A stretch of 63,544 nt of DNA, counting the filler, from Octopus bimaculoides (lineage: Eukaryota): the NCBI RefSeq assembly GCF_001194135.2. It is 5 parts of 5 records of this genome, joined end to end, with 100 filler letters (N's around TTAATTAATTAA, not from the genome) between each part and the next. Parts side by side here need not be neighbours in the genome. Positions count along the whole stretch, not along the records: positions 38,420 to 53,819 come from NW_026353717.1; positions 53,920 to 62,156 come from NC_068991.1; positions 62,257 to 63,544 come from NW_026405243.1; 2 more parts are not named here. One strand, 5' to 3'. Positions 51,056 to 63,544 of this stretch are shown here, in pieces; positions within the stretch are counted from its first letter, which is position 1; every line of letters starts with the position of its first letter. The translations under genes and the position numbers were made by a program. The notes under the pieces were generated by a model. That model searched no databases, was not told the origin of the DNA, and was given only the letters and a program-made list of their open reading frames with translations.

Positions 51056-52095
51056 CATTGTCAGTACCGTGTGACTGGCCCTCGCGCCGGTGGCACGTAA
51101 AAGCACCCACTACACTCTCAGAGTGGTTGGCGTTAGGAATGGCATCCAGCTGTAGAAACTCTGCCAAATCAGATTGGAGCCTGGTGCAGCTTTTTGATTT
51201 GCCAGTCCTCAGTCAAATCGTCCAACCCATGCCAGCCAGCATGGAAAGCGGACATTAAACGATGACGATTTGTGTGTGTAGATATGTATATATAGTGTTC
51301 TGCTGCTAGCTTGCAGTGATTTATGGTGTATTGTAGAGGTGTATTTCATTAAGGTGCCAACCCGAAAGTGGTTATGTCCTGTCCCGTAAGACTAAAGACT
51401 GAAGAGATTTTAGTCTCCTCTTTTCTGTGATTGTTTGCTCAAGTTAATGTGACTGAACAAAGTGTAGGTATGTTTCATTGCTTTGTGAAATGCCTCTTTC
51501 ACCAAGCGTGACCTCGTTAAGCCAGGACTCAGTCAAGCGAGACACAAAGAAGGAAGTGAACGATGTGTCAGGAGGCCTGGGGGTGGGGGGTCACCATCGC
51601 TTGATATTGTTCTGGCTTAACGATGGAATTGGTTTCTGAGTAACTCAACGACCGACATTGTAGTACACCACCTGGCCCAGCCAGTGTCATCCAGTGTTAG
51701 GTGTGCCACGTGCGTTGCGAGCGTGTTTGTCTGTGTGTGTGGTTGGGCGGGCAGAACACCACGTGGTGGTGCAACCACCTTGGTGATGCAGTTGAGTGTG
51801 ACGTGCATGGCATGGCGTCGAGTTGACAGCGTCTTGCGGCGCACATGCTCTGTATGACGAGGGAGGAGGACTGTGTGTGTGTGGGGGGGNNNNNNNNNNN
51901 NNNNNNNNNNNNNNNNNNNNNNNNNNNNNNNNNNNNNNNNNNNNNNNNNNNNNNNNNNNNNNNNNNNNNNNNNNNNNNNNNNNNNNNNNNNNNNNNNNNN
52001 NNNNNNNNNNNNNNNNNNNNNNNNNNNNNNNNNNNNNNNNNNNNNNNNNNNNNNNNNNNNNNNNNNNNNNNNNNNNNNNNNNNNNNNNNNNNNNN

Positions 52096-52142
<47 letters not shown>

Positions 52143-52236
52143 TACATACATACATGTATATAGTTAGACATTCCCAAACATGCAGATACGCACGTGAGAG
52201 TACATATCTATCTATCTATCTATCCCCCTATCTATC

Positions 52237-52274
<38 letters not shown>

Positions 52275-52680
52275 AAGTAAGGATGTTGTGCTTTCATGTT
52301 GAGAAAGTAGTGATGTGAGGAAGAGGTGAGGTTAGAGTGTGGAAACACCATTTAGTGACCTAAGTGGGTCACTTTCTATGAACTCTGAGTAATAGCGCTT
52401 GTAGTTTGTGTGTCACAGTGTCTTTGTCTATACTTAATATATATATATATATATATACATATATTCTGCTTGTTTCGGTGATTTGAATCTAGCCATGCTG
52501 GGGTATCACCTTGGACGATTTTTTGTTGAACCCATCGTGTGTGTGTATGTGTGTCTCTCTATGTACATATAGTGCAAATACGACTGTGTAGTTTCGATAG
52601 TAAGTGTCAGTTTCACTGTTTGTTACCTTGAGCAAGTCTCTCTTCTCTTGTAGCCTCTCGCCTCAAAGTGATATTTGAGA

Positions 52681-52735
52681 GATGTCTTTCAGTTGAGTCT
52701 CTTTGCCTTCATCAGGTGTCTTGGGGAAATTTCGT
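52681..52735 (-). mobile_element. Degenerate fragment of the same hammerhead module
   Basis: Minus strand CGAAATTTCCCCAAGACACCTGATGAAGGC matches the module, but the stem II and stem III region has diverged. Confidence 0.6.
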
Positions 52736-52755
52736 GCCTGGCCATGGCAAGTATC

Positions 52756-53416
52756 GGATCTATTTTAAAACGGGGGCACCAGTATTTTCTTAACGAAACA
52801 CTAACGAAACACTTCGAAACTTGGGACACTGGTAGAATGTGTCATATAAAACATCTTTTACTCTTAGTCTTCTTAACAAAAAAAAGGAATTCGCAAGTTA
52901 TTCCATGTTAAAGTTGTCGTATTTCTGTAATTTCAACCAATCACTGACGTCTATTCAGCTGAATAGAGTTACTGCTGGGCGGTCATAAAAATGTTATTCC
53001 CTGTGACATATTTCATCCGGTTTAATCGAAATTTATACACATATATTGTTTATATAATAAATTACGCTGTGCGTATCTGTGTGTGTAACAATTTTAGAGT
53101 TCGGATTCTAGAGTTAGGGTTAGTTTTAGGGTTAGCGTTACGGTTACGGTTAACAGTCTAGTTAGGGTTAGGGTTAGGGGATTAATACGATATACACCGT
53201 TACAGCGCTAACTGTTTTCAACTGAATAGATGTCAGTGATTAGTAGAAATTATCAAAATAAGACAATTTTTTACATGAAATAAATTCGAATACAAAAATT
53301 TTTTTCTGTTCTATAACACAAAATAGATAAGTATACGAAGTTTGAAAGTCTTTCAGTACCAAAAACACTACATAAAACATAAATGAAAACTGGTGCCCCT
53401 GTTTTAAAATAGATCC
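52756..53416. mobile_element. Non-autonomous DNA transposon with 8-bp TSD and GG termini (Merlin-like), internal TTAGGG repeats
   Basis: TIR GGATCTATTTTAAAAC(G/A)GGGGCACCAGT at both ends; exact TSD CAAGTATC (52748-52755, 53417-53424); second internal inverted repeat of about 70 bp (about 52914-52982 vs 53198-53270); TTAGGG-like units at about 53112-53180. Confidence 0.82.
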
Positions 53417-53700
53417 CAAGTATCTTCTACTATAGCCTCAGGCTGACCAAAGCCTTGCTGATTGATTTGGTAGGTGGAAACTGAAAGAAGCCCATCATGT
53501 CCTCTACCACCACTTGACAACCGGTGTTGGTGTGTTTACATGCCTGTAAACTAGCTATTCAGCAAAAAAGACTGATAGAATATGTATCTGGCCTAAAAAG
53601 AAAGCCAACACGTTCTAGGGTCGATTGATTCGATTAAAACCTCTTTGAGATGGTACTCCAGCATGGCCATACTCTAAAGAATTGAAACAAGCAAAAGATA
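53417..53700 (+). mobile_element. SINE family A, 3' part, split by the Merlin-like MITE
   Basis: Resumes at CAAGTATCTTCTACTATAGCC, the family CAAGTGTCTTCTACTATAGCC site. Confidence 0.8.
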
Positions 53701-54179
53701 AAAGGACCACTATGCAGACAACTATGCACACTTTATCACCACTATGTTCACACTTCTCCTCTTGCTTGTCCGTCCTCCTCCTCCTCCTCTCTATCACTTT
53801 TCCCTTTTTTTTCTCCCTTNNNNNNNNNNNNNNNNNNNNNNNNNNNNNNNNNNNNNNNNNNNNTTAATTAATTAANNNNNNNNNNNNNNNNNNNNNNNNN
53901 NNNNNNNNNNNNNNNNNNNATATATATATATATATATATACATATATATACACATACATTAGAAGTATATACGCATGTGTGTAAACATGTGAGAAAGCAT
54001 ATATTTAAATATAGTTTACACGTTTGTGCGTATGTATATAATTTATATATAGATATATTTTATATATGCGTGTGTTTAAATAGACAGACAGACAGACATA
54101 CATACATACATACAGACAGACATACATGCATAAATACAGACAGACAGACATACACACATACAGACACAGACAAACAGAC

Positions 54180-54228
<49 letters not shown>

Positions 54229-54439
54229 CATACATACATACATACATACATACATACCTACATACATACAGACATACATACATACATACATGCATGCATA
54301 CATACATAGTTATATGGATATATATATATATAGCGATATATATACACGCATACATATGTATACGCATAAATATATATACATACATATCTCTCTCATTATA
54401 AACCCCTATATATATACAAAGCACCACCCACAGTGGTGC

Positions 54440-54472
<33 letters not shown>

Positions 54473-55050
54473 NNNNNNNNNNNNNNNNNNNNNNNNNNNN
54501 NNNNNNNNNNNNNNNNNNNNNNNNNNNNNNNNNNNNNNNNNNNNNNNNNNNNNNNNNNNNNNNNNNNNNNNNNNNNNNNNNNNNNNNNNNNNNNNNNNNN
54601 NNNNNNNNNNNNNNNNNNNNNNNNNNNNNNNNNNNNNNNNNNNNNNNNNNNNNNNNNNNNNNNNNNNNNNNNNNNNNNNNNNNNNNNNNNNNNNNNNNNN
54701 NNNNNNNNNNNNNNNNNNNNNNNNNNNNNNNNNNNNNNNNNNNNNNNNNNNNNNNNNNNNNNNNNNNNNNNNNNNNNNNNNNNNNNNNNNNNNNNNNNNN
54801 NNNNNNNNNNNNNNNNNNNNNNNNNNNNNNNNNNNNNNNNNNNNNNNNNNNNNNNNNNNNNNNNNNNNNNNNNNNNNNNNNNNNNNNNNNNNNNNNNNNN
54901 NNNNNNNNNNNNNNNNNNNNNNNNNNNNNNNNNNNNNNNNNNNNNNNNNNNNNNNNNNNNNNNNNNNNNNNNNNNNNNNNNNNNNNNNNNNNTGTGTGAT
55001 TTGCCTTGCATTTACTTTGCATTGTTCTGACCTTACTCGCGATCCTTTTT

Positions 55051-55090
<40 letters not shown>

Positions 55091-55256
55091 CATACGCACG
55101 CATACACACACACACGCACACACACTCACATATATTTATAATATAGTTGTATGCATGTAATGTCTCTTCCTATGAGTATACATGTGTGTGCGTGTGTGTA
55201 TACACGTATGTGTCTCTGTGTGTGCACATATACGTACATGTGTGTGTGTACGTATA

Positions 55257-55294
<38 letters not shown>

Positions 55295-55479
55295 AGGCCT
55301 TTGTTGGTCAGGGATATTTACATCTCCGCATCTGTGTACGTATGTCTGAGCAAAATTTATTGCATTTGAGTCTCCCTTTTTTTGCCACCGATATGCTCCA
55401 AACGAAAGGGAAAAGCAAGAAAAAAGCTCAGAACCACCAGAACCACTCTTACCGCAAGCGTTGCTCTCAGAACTGCAAG

Positions 55480-57100
55480 AGCCGGAGCAAATACAGTTCG
55501 ACACTCTAACAATTCAGCCAATTCGCTGCCTTGGTTTTGTTACTTTTTTTATTTATCCAAAAAAAAAATGAAATGATAGCAAAAATATGATATTGTACCT
55601 ACCACTTGAAACACGAACCCACCCTTTTGTTATTTTCTTTGAGGGCCTGGAGTAGTCTATATCTGGGCTGTTTTGAAGCATTACTGAATGAGGGTGCTCT
55701 GTTCATTTGATGTTGGTTGAGGCATATATAATTTTCCCAGATGTGCATCGAGACCTATGTAGTACTTTGTATGGTGTTTTAAAGAGTGTAAATGTTGTTA
55801 TGATCTATTTTTAAATGAGATTTTTGTGAGGCCGATGTAAGAAATAGCACGTCTTCACTTTTAGATATTTTCATATACTAATAATACAAAGAACACGTCT
55901 TAGTGCCTCCACAATTAAAATTACATATCTTCTGACTTCTTATGCTTGTATTACGTTGACATTTTCTTTTGTAGAAGAGTTTTTAGAATTACTGGATTTT
56001 ATATAATTTTTGTCGAATAATTTAGAAAATTTGTTATTTTTGAGCGAGTTTTTATTGAATAAAGAGAGCCGTTTCATAATGCCAGTTATGATTTCATTGC
56101 TAAATGGTGGATATTCCAAACTGCATCCGTTTCCCTAGTACGGAGGGTTTTTGCGGGTTTTTCTTTTTTTCGTAATGGGTTAATTGTATTCGATTGTAAA
56201 TGATATAAATGTTTGCAAAAACCAGGTAAAATGTGTAAAGTAATGGCAATAAATGAAAATAGAGAAAAATATTATATTACCTTACATAGGTCGTTTAATG
56301 ATCTCATAATATTTCAGAGAAGATTCGTAATCAAAGAATTCAGAGAAATGTGTTATCGGCAAGCCATTCTAACTTTTTGTGACGTCAAAACTCACTAGAC
56401 TGCCCTGCCGGTTGCACATTTCTCCGAACTCTTTGATTATCTCCTTTCTTCTGTTTCAAAAGAGAATCTTTCCCGAAATGTTTTAGGGTTATTAAACAAC
56501 GTCTTTGCCTTATAAATTCAGGCCAATTTCTTGCCTGCATTGCTTAAGGGTTTTTTTTTTTTCTTCAAACTTTTATGTTTCAATCAAATTACAATAGTTT
56601 TATATATTGATTCTGAAGTGGCTACAGAAGTGCATCTGATTACACTTGTTCATTGCTCTGTGAAAAGTGGCTTCATCAGAAAAGGCGCTGCCTATGTGTC
56701 TGATTATTGCAATAGCTGGTTGCAAAATAACATTTGATGAATAGTTAAAATTTGGGTAGTTAGTAACTCCTCAAGTTTCAACTATTCATGAAATGGATAT
56801 CTAAGTTGCTTCTTAGATTTTATATACGATTCTTAAAAATCTGATGCTAGGCTTATCGCTATATCCAGAAATTTAGTGTTTCGGAATTTGTTTCTGTTGC
56901 TATTTTCATATTAAACTCGATCAAGGTGGTTATGATTTATTTCCTGATTATATTGGCTCCAGATCTAAAAAATCATTAGACAGCCATCTCTATACAGGTC
57001 ACGCAACTATTGTCGCTTACCTATTTAATCAGGAAAAATGGGCCTTACACATCTGCACCGTCGTAGCTACCTATGGAAATGTCAAATGATTTTCCATACG
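55480..57100 (-). mobile_element. Highly decayed Penelope-like element of a second lineage (RT + GIY-YIG)
   Basis: Colinear minus-strand motifs: FDISIGSYDGADV (57045-57086; cf. FDVTMGSYDGAEV), LYRDG (about 56985-57000), W-N-PPFSN (56099-56120; cf. WFNPPFS), KYYIG (55753-55767), ALKENN (55629-55646), NQGSEL (55519-55536). Many stops and frameshifts. Confidence 0.75.
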
Positions 57101-57174
57101 TTTCCACTAGCATTCTTTTGAATGAACTACTACAGATTGGTAACAATACTTTATAAGTAACATTATAGTAATTA

Positions 57175-57388
57175 TTTCTACTCTAGGAACAAGGTCTTGA
57201 AGATTTGGGGGAAAGGGGACTTGTCGATTATATCGATCCCAGTGCGTAACTGATAATTATTTCATCGACCCTGAAAGGATGAAAGCCAAAGTTGACCTCG
57301 GCGGAATTTGAACTCAGAACATAGTGGCAGACGAAATACCGCTAAGCTCTTCGCTCGGCGTGCTAACGATTCTGCCAGCTCGCCCCCT
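57175..57388 (-). mobile_element. SINE family B
   Basis: Full reverse-complement copy. Confidence 0.85.
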
Positions 57389-58292
57389 TAACTAACTTTA
57401 TGATAATGAATTTTAAAATGTAGAGACAAAGCACAAATTTTGCTAAAGAAACAGTCGGCTCAACCGAACTTAGTACTTGTATTTTATTGATCTCGGAAGA
57501 ATAAAGAACGCTTTCGATTTGGCGGGTATTTGAGCTCAAAACGAAGAAGTCTAATAAAACTGCATTTTCCCTACTACTGTTTCTGCTACCCGGACTTTTG
57601 AATAATTAATCACATACTTAATGAAATGCAAAGCCAAAATCCTGAAATTTCACCACAGAAGTATCCACCAACGGGAAATCAGGACGTTTTGACTCCAAAG
57701 AACTGGGTAATGTAAGACGTAATCTTCATTATTTTGACGAGATTACTAGTGACATAAGTGAAGGGACGGAACTATAATAAGCAGGGTTCGAAAGATCACA
57801 CCATGCTATAGACATTCATAGCAGGCATTACTGAATACATTGAGTGCGTTTTAGTATTTTGTTGGCATACTACTCTCTATTGCAAATGCAACATTGCAGT
57901 ATTGTTGGTGCTGCTTCATCAGGATCCGCATCGGAAACACGTGTAGGTCATTATAACATGCTGTATGTAACTATAAAATACATTTTGTGGATGTACAAGT
58001 CTCCATACTCTTTATTATCATTAATATCAATATGCACTCCAGACAATTTTTACTGTCCAGCGAAGAGAACTCGGAATTACACATCGGAAGAATTCACGAA
58101 ATGACTAAATTTTAGCCGCTGACTTTAGATACTGATTGTTGTGGTTAGCCGTTAACTGAAACTTAAGTGAGAGCCAATACGTTATCCGCCCGAATAATAT
58201 ACCCCTTCAAACTCACTTATATGAATGTGTGTGTGTGTTTATATACATATATACTATATACATTTGTATGTCTATATGTGTATAGACATATA

Positions 58293-58693
58293 GGCGCAGG
58301 AGTGGCTGTGTGGTAAGTAGCTTGCTTACCAACCACATGGTTCCGGGTTCATTCCCACTGCGTGGCACATTGGGCAAGTGTCTTCTACTATAGCTTCGGG
58401 CCGACTAAAACCTTGTGAGTGGATTTGGTAGACGGAAACTGAAAAAAAGCCCGTCGTATATATGTGTATGTATATATACGTGTGTGTGTGTTTGTGTGTC
58501 TGTGTTTGTCCCCCCAACATCGCTTGACAACCGATACTGGTGTGTTTACGTCCCCGTAACTTAGCGGTTCGGCAAAAGAGACCGATAGAATAAGTACTAG
58601 GCCTACAAAGAATAAGTCCTGGGGTCGATTTGCTCGACTAAAGGCGGTGCTCCAGCATGGCCGCAGTCAAATGACTGAAACAAGTAAAAGAGT
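58293..58693 (+). mobile_element. SINE family A, full-length (tRNA-derived head, CORE-like CTTGGGCAAGT box, internal microsatellite)
   Basis: GGCGCAGGAGTGGCTGTGTGGTAAG A box, GGTTCATTCC B box, tail ...ATGACTGAAACAAGTAAAAGAG. At least ten copies in the window. Confidence 0.9.
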
Positions 58694-59190
58694 ATATCTA
58701 TATCAACTATATAACACCTCACATTGATTTCAGTAACCAACATATATATTCCTTCGTTGAAATACTGGGAAATGCCAAATCAATTTCCATACTTTTCTGA
58801 AACAGTGACTAAAATAGTTATTANNNNNNNNNNNNNNNNNNNNNNNNNNNNNNNNNNNNNNNNNNNNNNNNNNNNNNNNNNNNNNNNNNNNNNNNNNNNN
58901 NNNNNNNNNNNNNNNNNNNNNNNNNNNNNNNNNNNNNNNNNNNNNNNNNNNNNNNNNNNNNNNNNNNNNNNNNNNNNNNNNNNNNNNNNNNNNNNNNNNN
59001 NNNNNNNNNNNNNNNNNNNNNNNNNNNNNNNNNNNNNNNNNNNNNNNNNNNNNNNNNNNNNNNNNNNNNNNNNNNNNNNNNNNNNNNNNNNNNNNNNNNN
59101 NNNNNNNNNNNNNNNNNNNNNNNNNNNNNNNNNNNNNNNNNNNNNNNNNNNNNNNNNNNNNNNNNNNNNNNNNNNNNNNNNNNNNNNNNN

Positions 59191-59429
59191 TGACACAGTG
59201 TGACAAGGCTGATCCTTTGAATTACAGGCACAACAGAAACAGGAAGTAAGACTGAGAGAAAGTTGTGGTGAAAGAGTACAGCAGGGTTCGCCACCATCCC
59301 CTGCCGGAGCCTCGTCGAGCTTTAGGTGTTTTCGCTCAATAAACACTCACAACGCCCGGTCTGGGAATTGAAACCGCGATCCTATGACCGCGAGTCCGCT
59401 ACCCTAACCACTGGGCCATTGCGCCTCCG
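59191..59429 (-). mobile_element. SINE family C, 5' half (tail in gap)
   Basis: Matches 31800-32037. Confidence 0.88.
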
Positions 59430-59439
59430 CAGAATCATT

Positions 59440-59660
59440 AGTACATCAGACAAAAATATTTAGCGGCATTTCTTCCAGCTCTTTCCGTTCTGAGTTCGAA
59501 TGGCGCCGATGTTGACTGCACGCTTCATTCTTTATTCATTTTTTTTCATTTTTTGGATGTCATTAAAATAAGTTCCAGCTAAGCACAAGAGTCGATGTAA
59601 TCGACTAAATCTCTCCTCTTCAAACTGCTGGCCTTCTGCCAAGATTTGAAACCGTTATTT
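59440..59660 (+). mobile_element. Diverged family B-like SINE
   Basis: GTTCTGAGTTCGAATGGCGCCGATG...GTCGATGTAATCGACT. Confidence 0.6.
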
Positions 59661-59984
59661 TTCCATGATATGTAAAGTAACCACTTTCTTCCCTTGTCCT
59701 TTCCTTGTCAGTTTAAATGCCAATAACTCATGCTGTCACTAGCTGCTAAATATTTTGTTGTTAGATGAGTGTGTTGTGTTCAGCAGCGACTCAAGATATC
59801 TTCCTGTGCAACGTGTTTGCGTTTGTTGGGGCGGAGTGCGTGCGTGTATGTGTGTGTATCTGTGTGCGCATCTATGTCCGTGTTCCTGTGTATTTCAAGT
59901 CCATTCTATCCCTCTCTGAAATGTCCAGCTTCCTTCCCATCCATCCTATACGTATCATTCTTTTCTTTTATTCTTTTATTCTTT

Positions 59985-60208
59985 TATTCTTTTACTTGTT
60001 TCAGTCATTTGACTGCGGTCATGCTGGAGCACTGCCTTTAGTCGAATCAAATCGACCCCAGGACTTATTCTTTGTAAGCCTAGTACTTATTCTATCGGTC
60101 TCTTTTTGCCGAACCACTAGGTTACGGGGACGTAAACACACCAGCATCGGTTGTCAAGCGACGTTGGGGGGACAAACACAGACACACGAACACACACACA
60201 CACACACA
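59985..60208 (-). mobile_element. SINE family A tail
   Basis: Reverse-complement match to the family A tail. Confidence 0.85.
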
Positions 60209-60898
60209 NNNNNNNNNNNNNNNNNNNNNNNNNNNNNNNNNNNNNNNNNNNNNNNNNNNNNNNNNNNNNNNNNNNNNNNNNNNNNNNNNNNNNNNNNNNN
60301 NNNNNNNNNNNNNNNNNNNNNNNNNNNNNNNNNNNNNNNNNNNNNNNNNNNNNNNNNNNNNNNNNNNNNNNNNNNNNNNNNNNNNNNNNNNNNNNNNNNN
60401 NNNNNNNNNNNNNNNNNNNNNNNNNNNNNNNNNNNNNNNNNNNNNNNNNNNNNNNNNNNNNNNNNNNNNNNNNNNNNNNNNNNNNNNNNNNNNNNNNNNN
60501 NNNNNNNNNNNNNNNNNNNNNNNNNNNNNNNNNNNNNNNNNNNNNNNNNNNNNNNNNNNNNNNNNNNNNNNNNNNNNNNNNNNNNNNNNNNNNNNNNNNN
60601 NNNNNNNNNNNNNNNNNNNNNNNNNNNNNNNNNNNNNNNNNNNNNNNNNNNNNNNNNNNNNNNNNNNNNNNNNNNNNNNNNNNNNNNNNNNNNNNNNNNN
60701 NNNNNNNNNNNNNNNNNNNNNNNNNNNNNNNNNNNNNNNNNNNNNNNNNNNNNNNNNNNNNNNNNNNNNNNNNNNNNNNNNNNNNNNNNNNNNNNNNNNN
60801 NNNNNNNNNNNNNNNNNNNNNNNNNNNNNNNNNNNNNNNNNNNNNNNNNNNNNNNNNNNNNNNNNNNCACACAGAGATGCACATATAGACAGACAGAC

Positions 60899-60930
<32 letters not shown>

Positions 60931-60971
60931 ACAAACAGACAGACAAATAGATAAATAAATAAATAGATGGG

Positions 60972-61025
<54 letters not shown>

Positions 61026-61466
61026 TGACGGACTTCCACCGACTTCTTGTCTACCTTATTCATTCACAAGACATTAGTCTACCTATAGTAGAAAACACTG
61101 GCACAAGATGCCACGAAATGGGACAGAACTCAAAAGCAAGTGACTGCAAAACGAGCTTCTTAACTACACAGCTATGCCCGCTGAGGATATATATTCACTT
61201 CTCAGCTTTCCTCATGCTTTCACATACTTCTGCCGCATGTGTAGCGAAACGTTCTCTGACTTTTGCATGTCAACGTGTTGCTATTTCTAAGCAGGCATTG
61301 TAGATCTAGAGACAGGACGACTTCCAACTGACATTGAAACTGTTGCACATTTTCATCCTCGTGCCTCACATGCATGTCCAATTTGCTCATATTTTTAGCA
61401 CTTCCTCTCAAGCGCCCACTCTATATTGCGCTTACATACATACATACATACATACATATCTATCTA

Positions 61467-61543
<77 letters not shown>

Positions 61544-61830
61544 GTATGTGTGTACTCACACACACACGAATGTATTTACATGTATAGTTTACGTGTGTGT
61601 GTCTGTGTGTGTAAACATATATATGAATATATTTTTGTATTTGTGTATGTATGAACGCATGTATTTATTGCGTAAACAACATTTAAACTTTTAATAGCTC
61701 AGGTAATGTTATCAACCTATGATGTTATCGAAAAGGCTCCGTCCTGAAATGATTATTATAAACAGCTTCTAAAATAGATAGATGTGCATATATATGCATA
61801 TGTGTGTTTGTGTGCATATATAATACATAT

Positions 61831-62156
61831 GTTGTTGTTGGCACGCCGTCGCTTACGTCGTCGAGGGTTCCAGTTGATCCGATCAACGGAACAGCCTGCT
61901 CGTGAAATTAACGTGCAAGTGGCTGAGCACTCCACTGACACGTGTACCCTTAACGTAGTTCTCGGGGATATTCAGCGTGACACAATGTGACAAGGCTGAC
62001 CCTTTGAATTACAGGCACAACAGAAACAGGAAGTAAGAGTGAGAGAAAGTTGTGGTGGAAGAGTACAGCAGGGTTCACCACCATCCCCTGCCAGAGCCTC
62101 ATGGAGCTTTAGGTGTTTTCTCTGAATAAACACTCACAACGCCCGGTCTGGGAATC
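61831..62156 (-). mobile_element. SINE family C, head lost in gap
   Basis: Matches 31658-31975. Confidence 0.88.
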
Positions 62157-62413
62157 NNNNNNNNNNNNNNNNNNNNNNNNNNNNNNNNNNNNNNNNNNNN
62201 TTAATTAATTAANNNNNNNNNNNNNNNNNNNNNNNNNNNNNNNNNNNNNNNNNNNNCATACATACATACATATATATAAGAATCAATATATATGCACTAA
62301 TACTCACTTAGATATACATATCTACACACAAAATACACACATAAATATATATACATACACATATATATAAGTACATACATAAATATACATATACATACAT
62401 ATACACAAAAACA

Positions 62414-62462
<49 letters not shown>

Positions 62463-62843
62463 TAATAAACATTCACACATATAAATATATAAAGAAGGAA
62501 TATTATAAAACAAAACCACACTCACTCACACACACAATATATATAAATATACATCTATACACACAAATACATATATTTATACATACATGTAAATACAAAT
62601 ATATACTCAACATACACAAACATATATAAAAACAAACACATATACATACTTAAACCTATATAAATACATACGTAATCATATATACATACACCTAAATATA
62701 TACATACATACTAACACATATAGACTAAAACACGCACACTCATATATATATATATATACTCATACATATACACATGTATATACAAAAAACCACATATACA
62801 CAACCAATCATATATATATATATATATATACACGGACTTAAAC

Positions 62844-63067
62844 ACGGGGTACTAAAAAGTTCCTGGCTTCAAGGGTCTCGCGAAAGGCCTGGCTGGAGGC
62901 CCAACCTTCCGAGTTCTTTTACAGGGCTTACAAAAACTGAAGGACCGCTGCAATAAGTGTGTGAGTCTGAAAAGAGAATATGTTGAATAAAATCCTAATA
63001 AGTTGATCCTCTTGTTTTTTGGAGTTTTTTTTACCCAAAGCCAGGTACTTTTTCAAAACCCCCTCCG
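62844..63067 (+). mobile_element. Mariner-derived MITE
   Basis: Imperfect TIRs (GGGGTACTAAAAAGTTCCTGGCTT and rc GGGGTTTTGAAAAAGTACCTGGCTT) enclose LQGLQKLKDRCNKCVSLKREYVE*, a mariner transposase C-terminus pattern. Confidence 0.75.
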
Positions 63068-63544
63068 ACATCTATTGTGTAGTTTTTTTTTCCAACCACT
63101 AATAATTTTAGGCTTATGTCTACATTTTTTTTTCATATCATATATTATTATATATTCCTTGAGGTCTTGCAAATTTTAATCTTAATTTTATTTTGTCATC
63201 TTATTTTATTTTATTTGCACAATATAAACACCCTATCGCGAGGACTTTCGTTTTATTTTTTTTAATAATATTTATTAAATTAATATTTGTTGTTAGTATT
63301 AAATACCTTTAAACTGAATCAAGCAGACCTTGTCATCTGATCAACTGTCCCTTATCACTTTTCTATAATAGAAAAATTAATTTATGATTTTAATTTCATT
63401 ATATAATTAATTTTCCCACATTGTTATATTTATGAGTGTCCATAATTTTACATGAATGTCCGCTTGTACGAGTGTATATGCATGTGTGTATGTGTCTGTA
63501 TGAGTGCGTGTACATACGTATGTATGTATGTATGTATGTGTGTA

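Noticed and set aside
55382-55576. Basic Lys/Arg-rich short ORFs as a host gene
   Set aside because: They overlap the antisense 3' end of the decayed PLE and have no recognisable domain or splice context.
965-63544. Many long ORFs in the supplied track (YIYI, THTH, VCVC, ERER, poly-T/S/L/I and X runs)
   Set aside because: They are translations of microsatellites or read-through of N gaps, with no domain signal or splice support.

Overview
Eukaryotic, microsatellite- and SINE-dense, gappy draft sequence. It is most likely an octopus genome (inference from the SINE families and repeat landscape). It is almost entirely intronic. The only host coding sequence I can support is one 127-nt exon (39294-39420, +) encoding the N-terminal segment shared by CUX1 and CASP; nearly all ORFs in the track are microsatellite or N-gap artefacts. 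The rest is a transposon graveyard: two different Penelope-like retroelements (PLEs), an R4/Dong-type and an RTE LINE remnant, a complete TIR-to-TIR Tc1-like element with DD36E spacing, an internally deleted rosa/maT-like element, mariner- and Merlin-like MITEs, two Helitron/Helentron-like pieces and five tRNA- or RTE-related SINE families. The best lead is a module of tRNA-like Pol III head + (AAT)n + minimal hammerhead ribozyme. It sits directly after the stop codon of a PLE ORF (10697-10890) and also occurs without the ORF as a head-to-head inverted pair (32870-33538), which suggests a Penelope-mobilised, ribozyme-bearing SINE/retrozyme. No CRISPR arrays, rRNA or genuine tRNA genes were seen. 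Coordinates of decayed repeats are approximate, and all family assignments are by eye from remembered motifs, not database searches.
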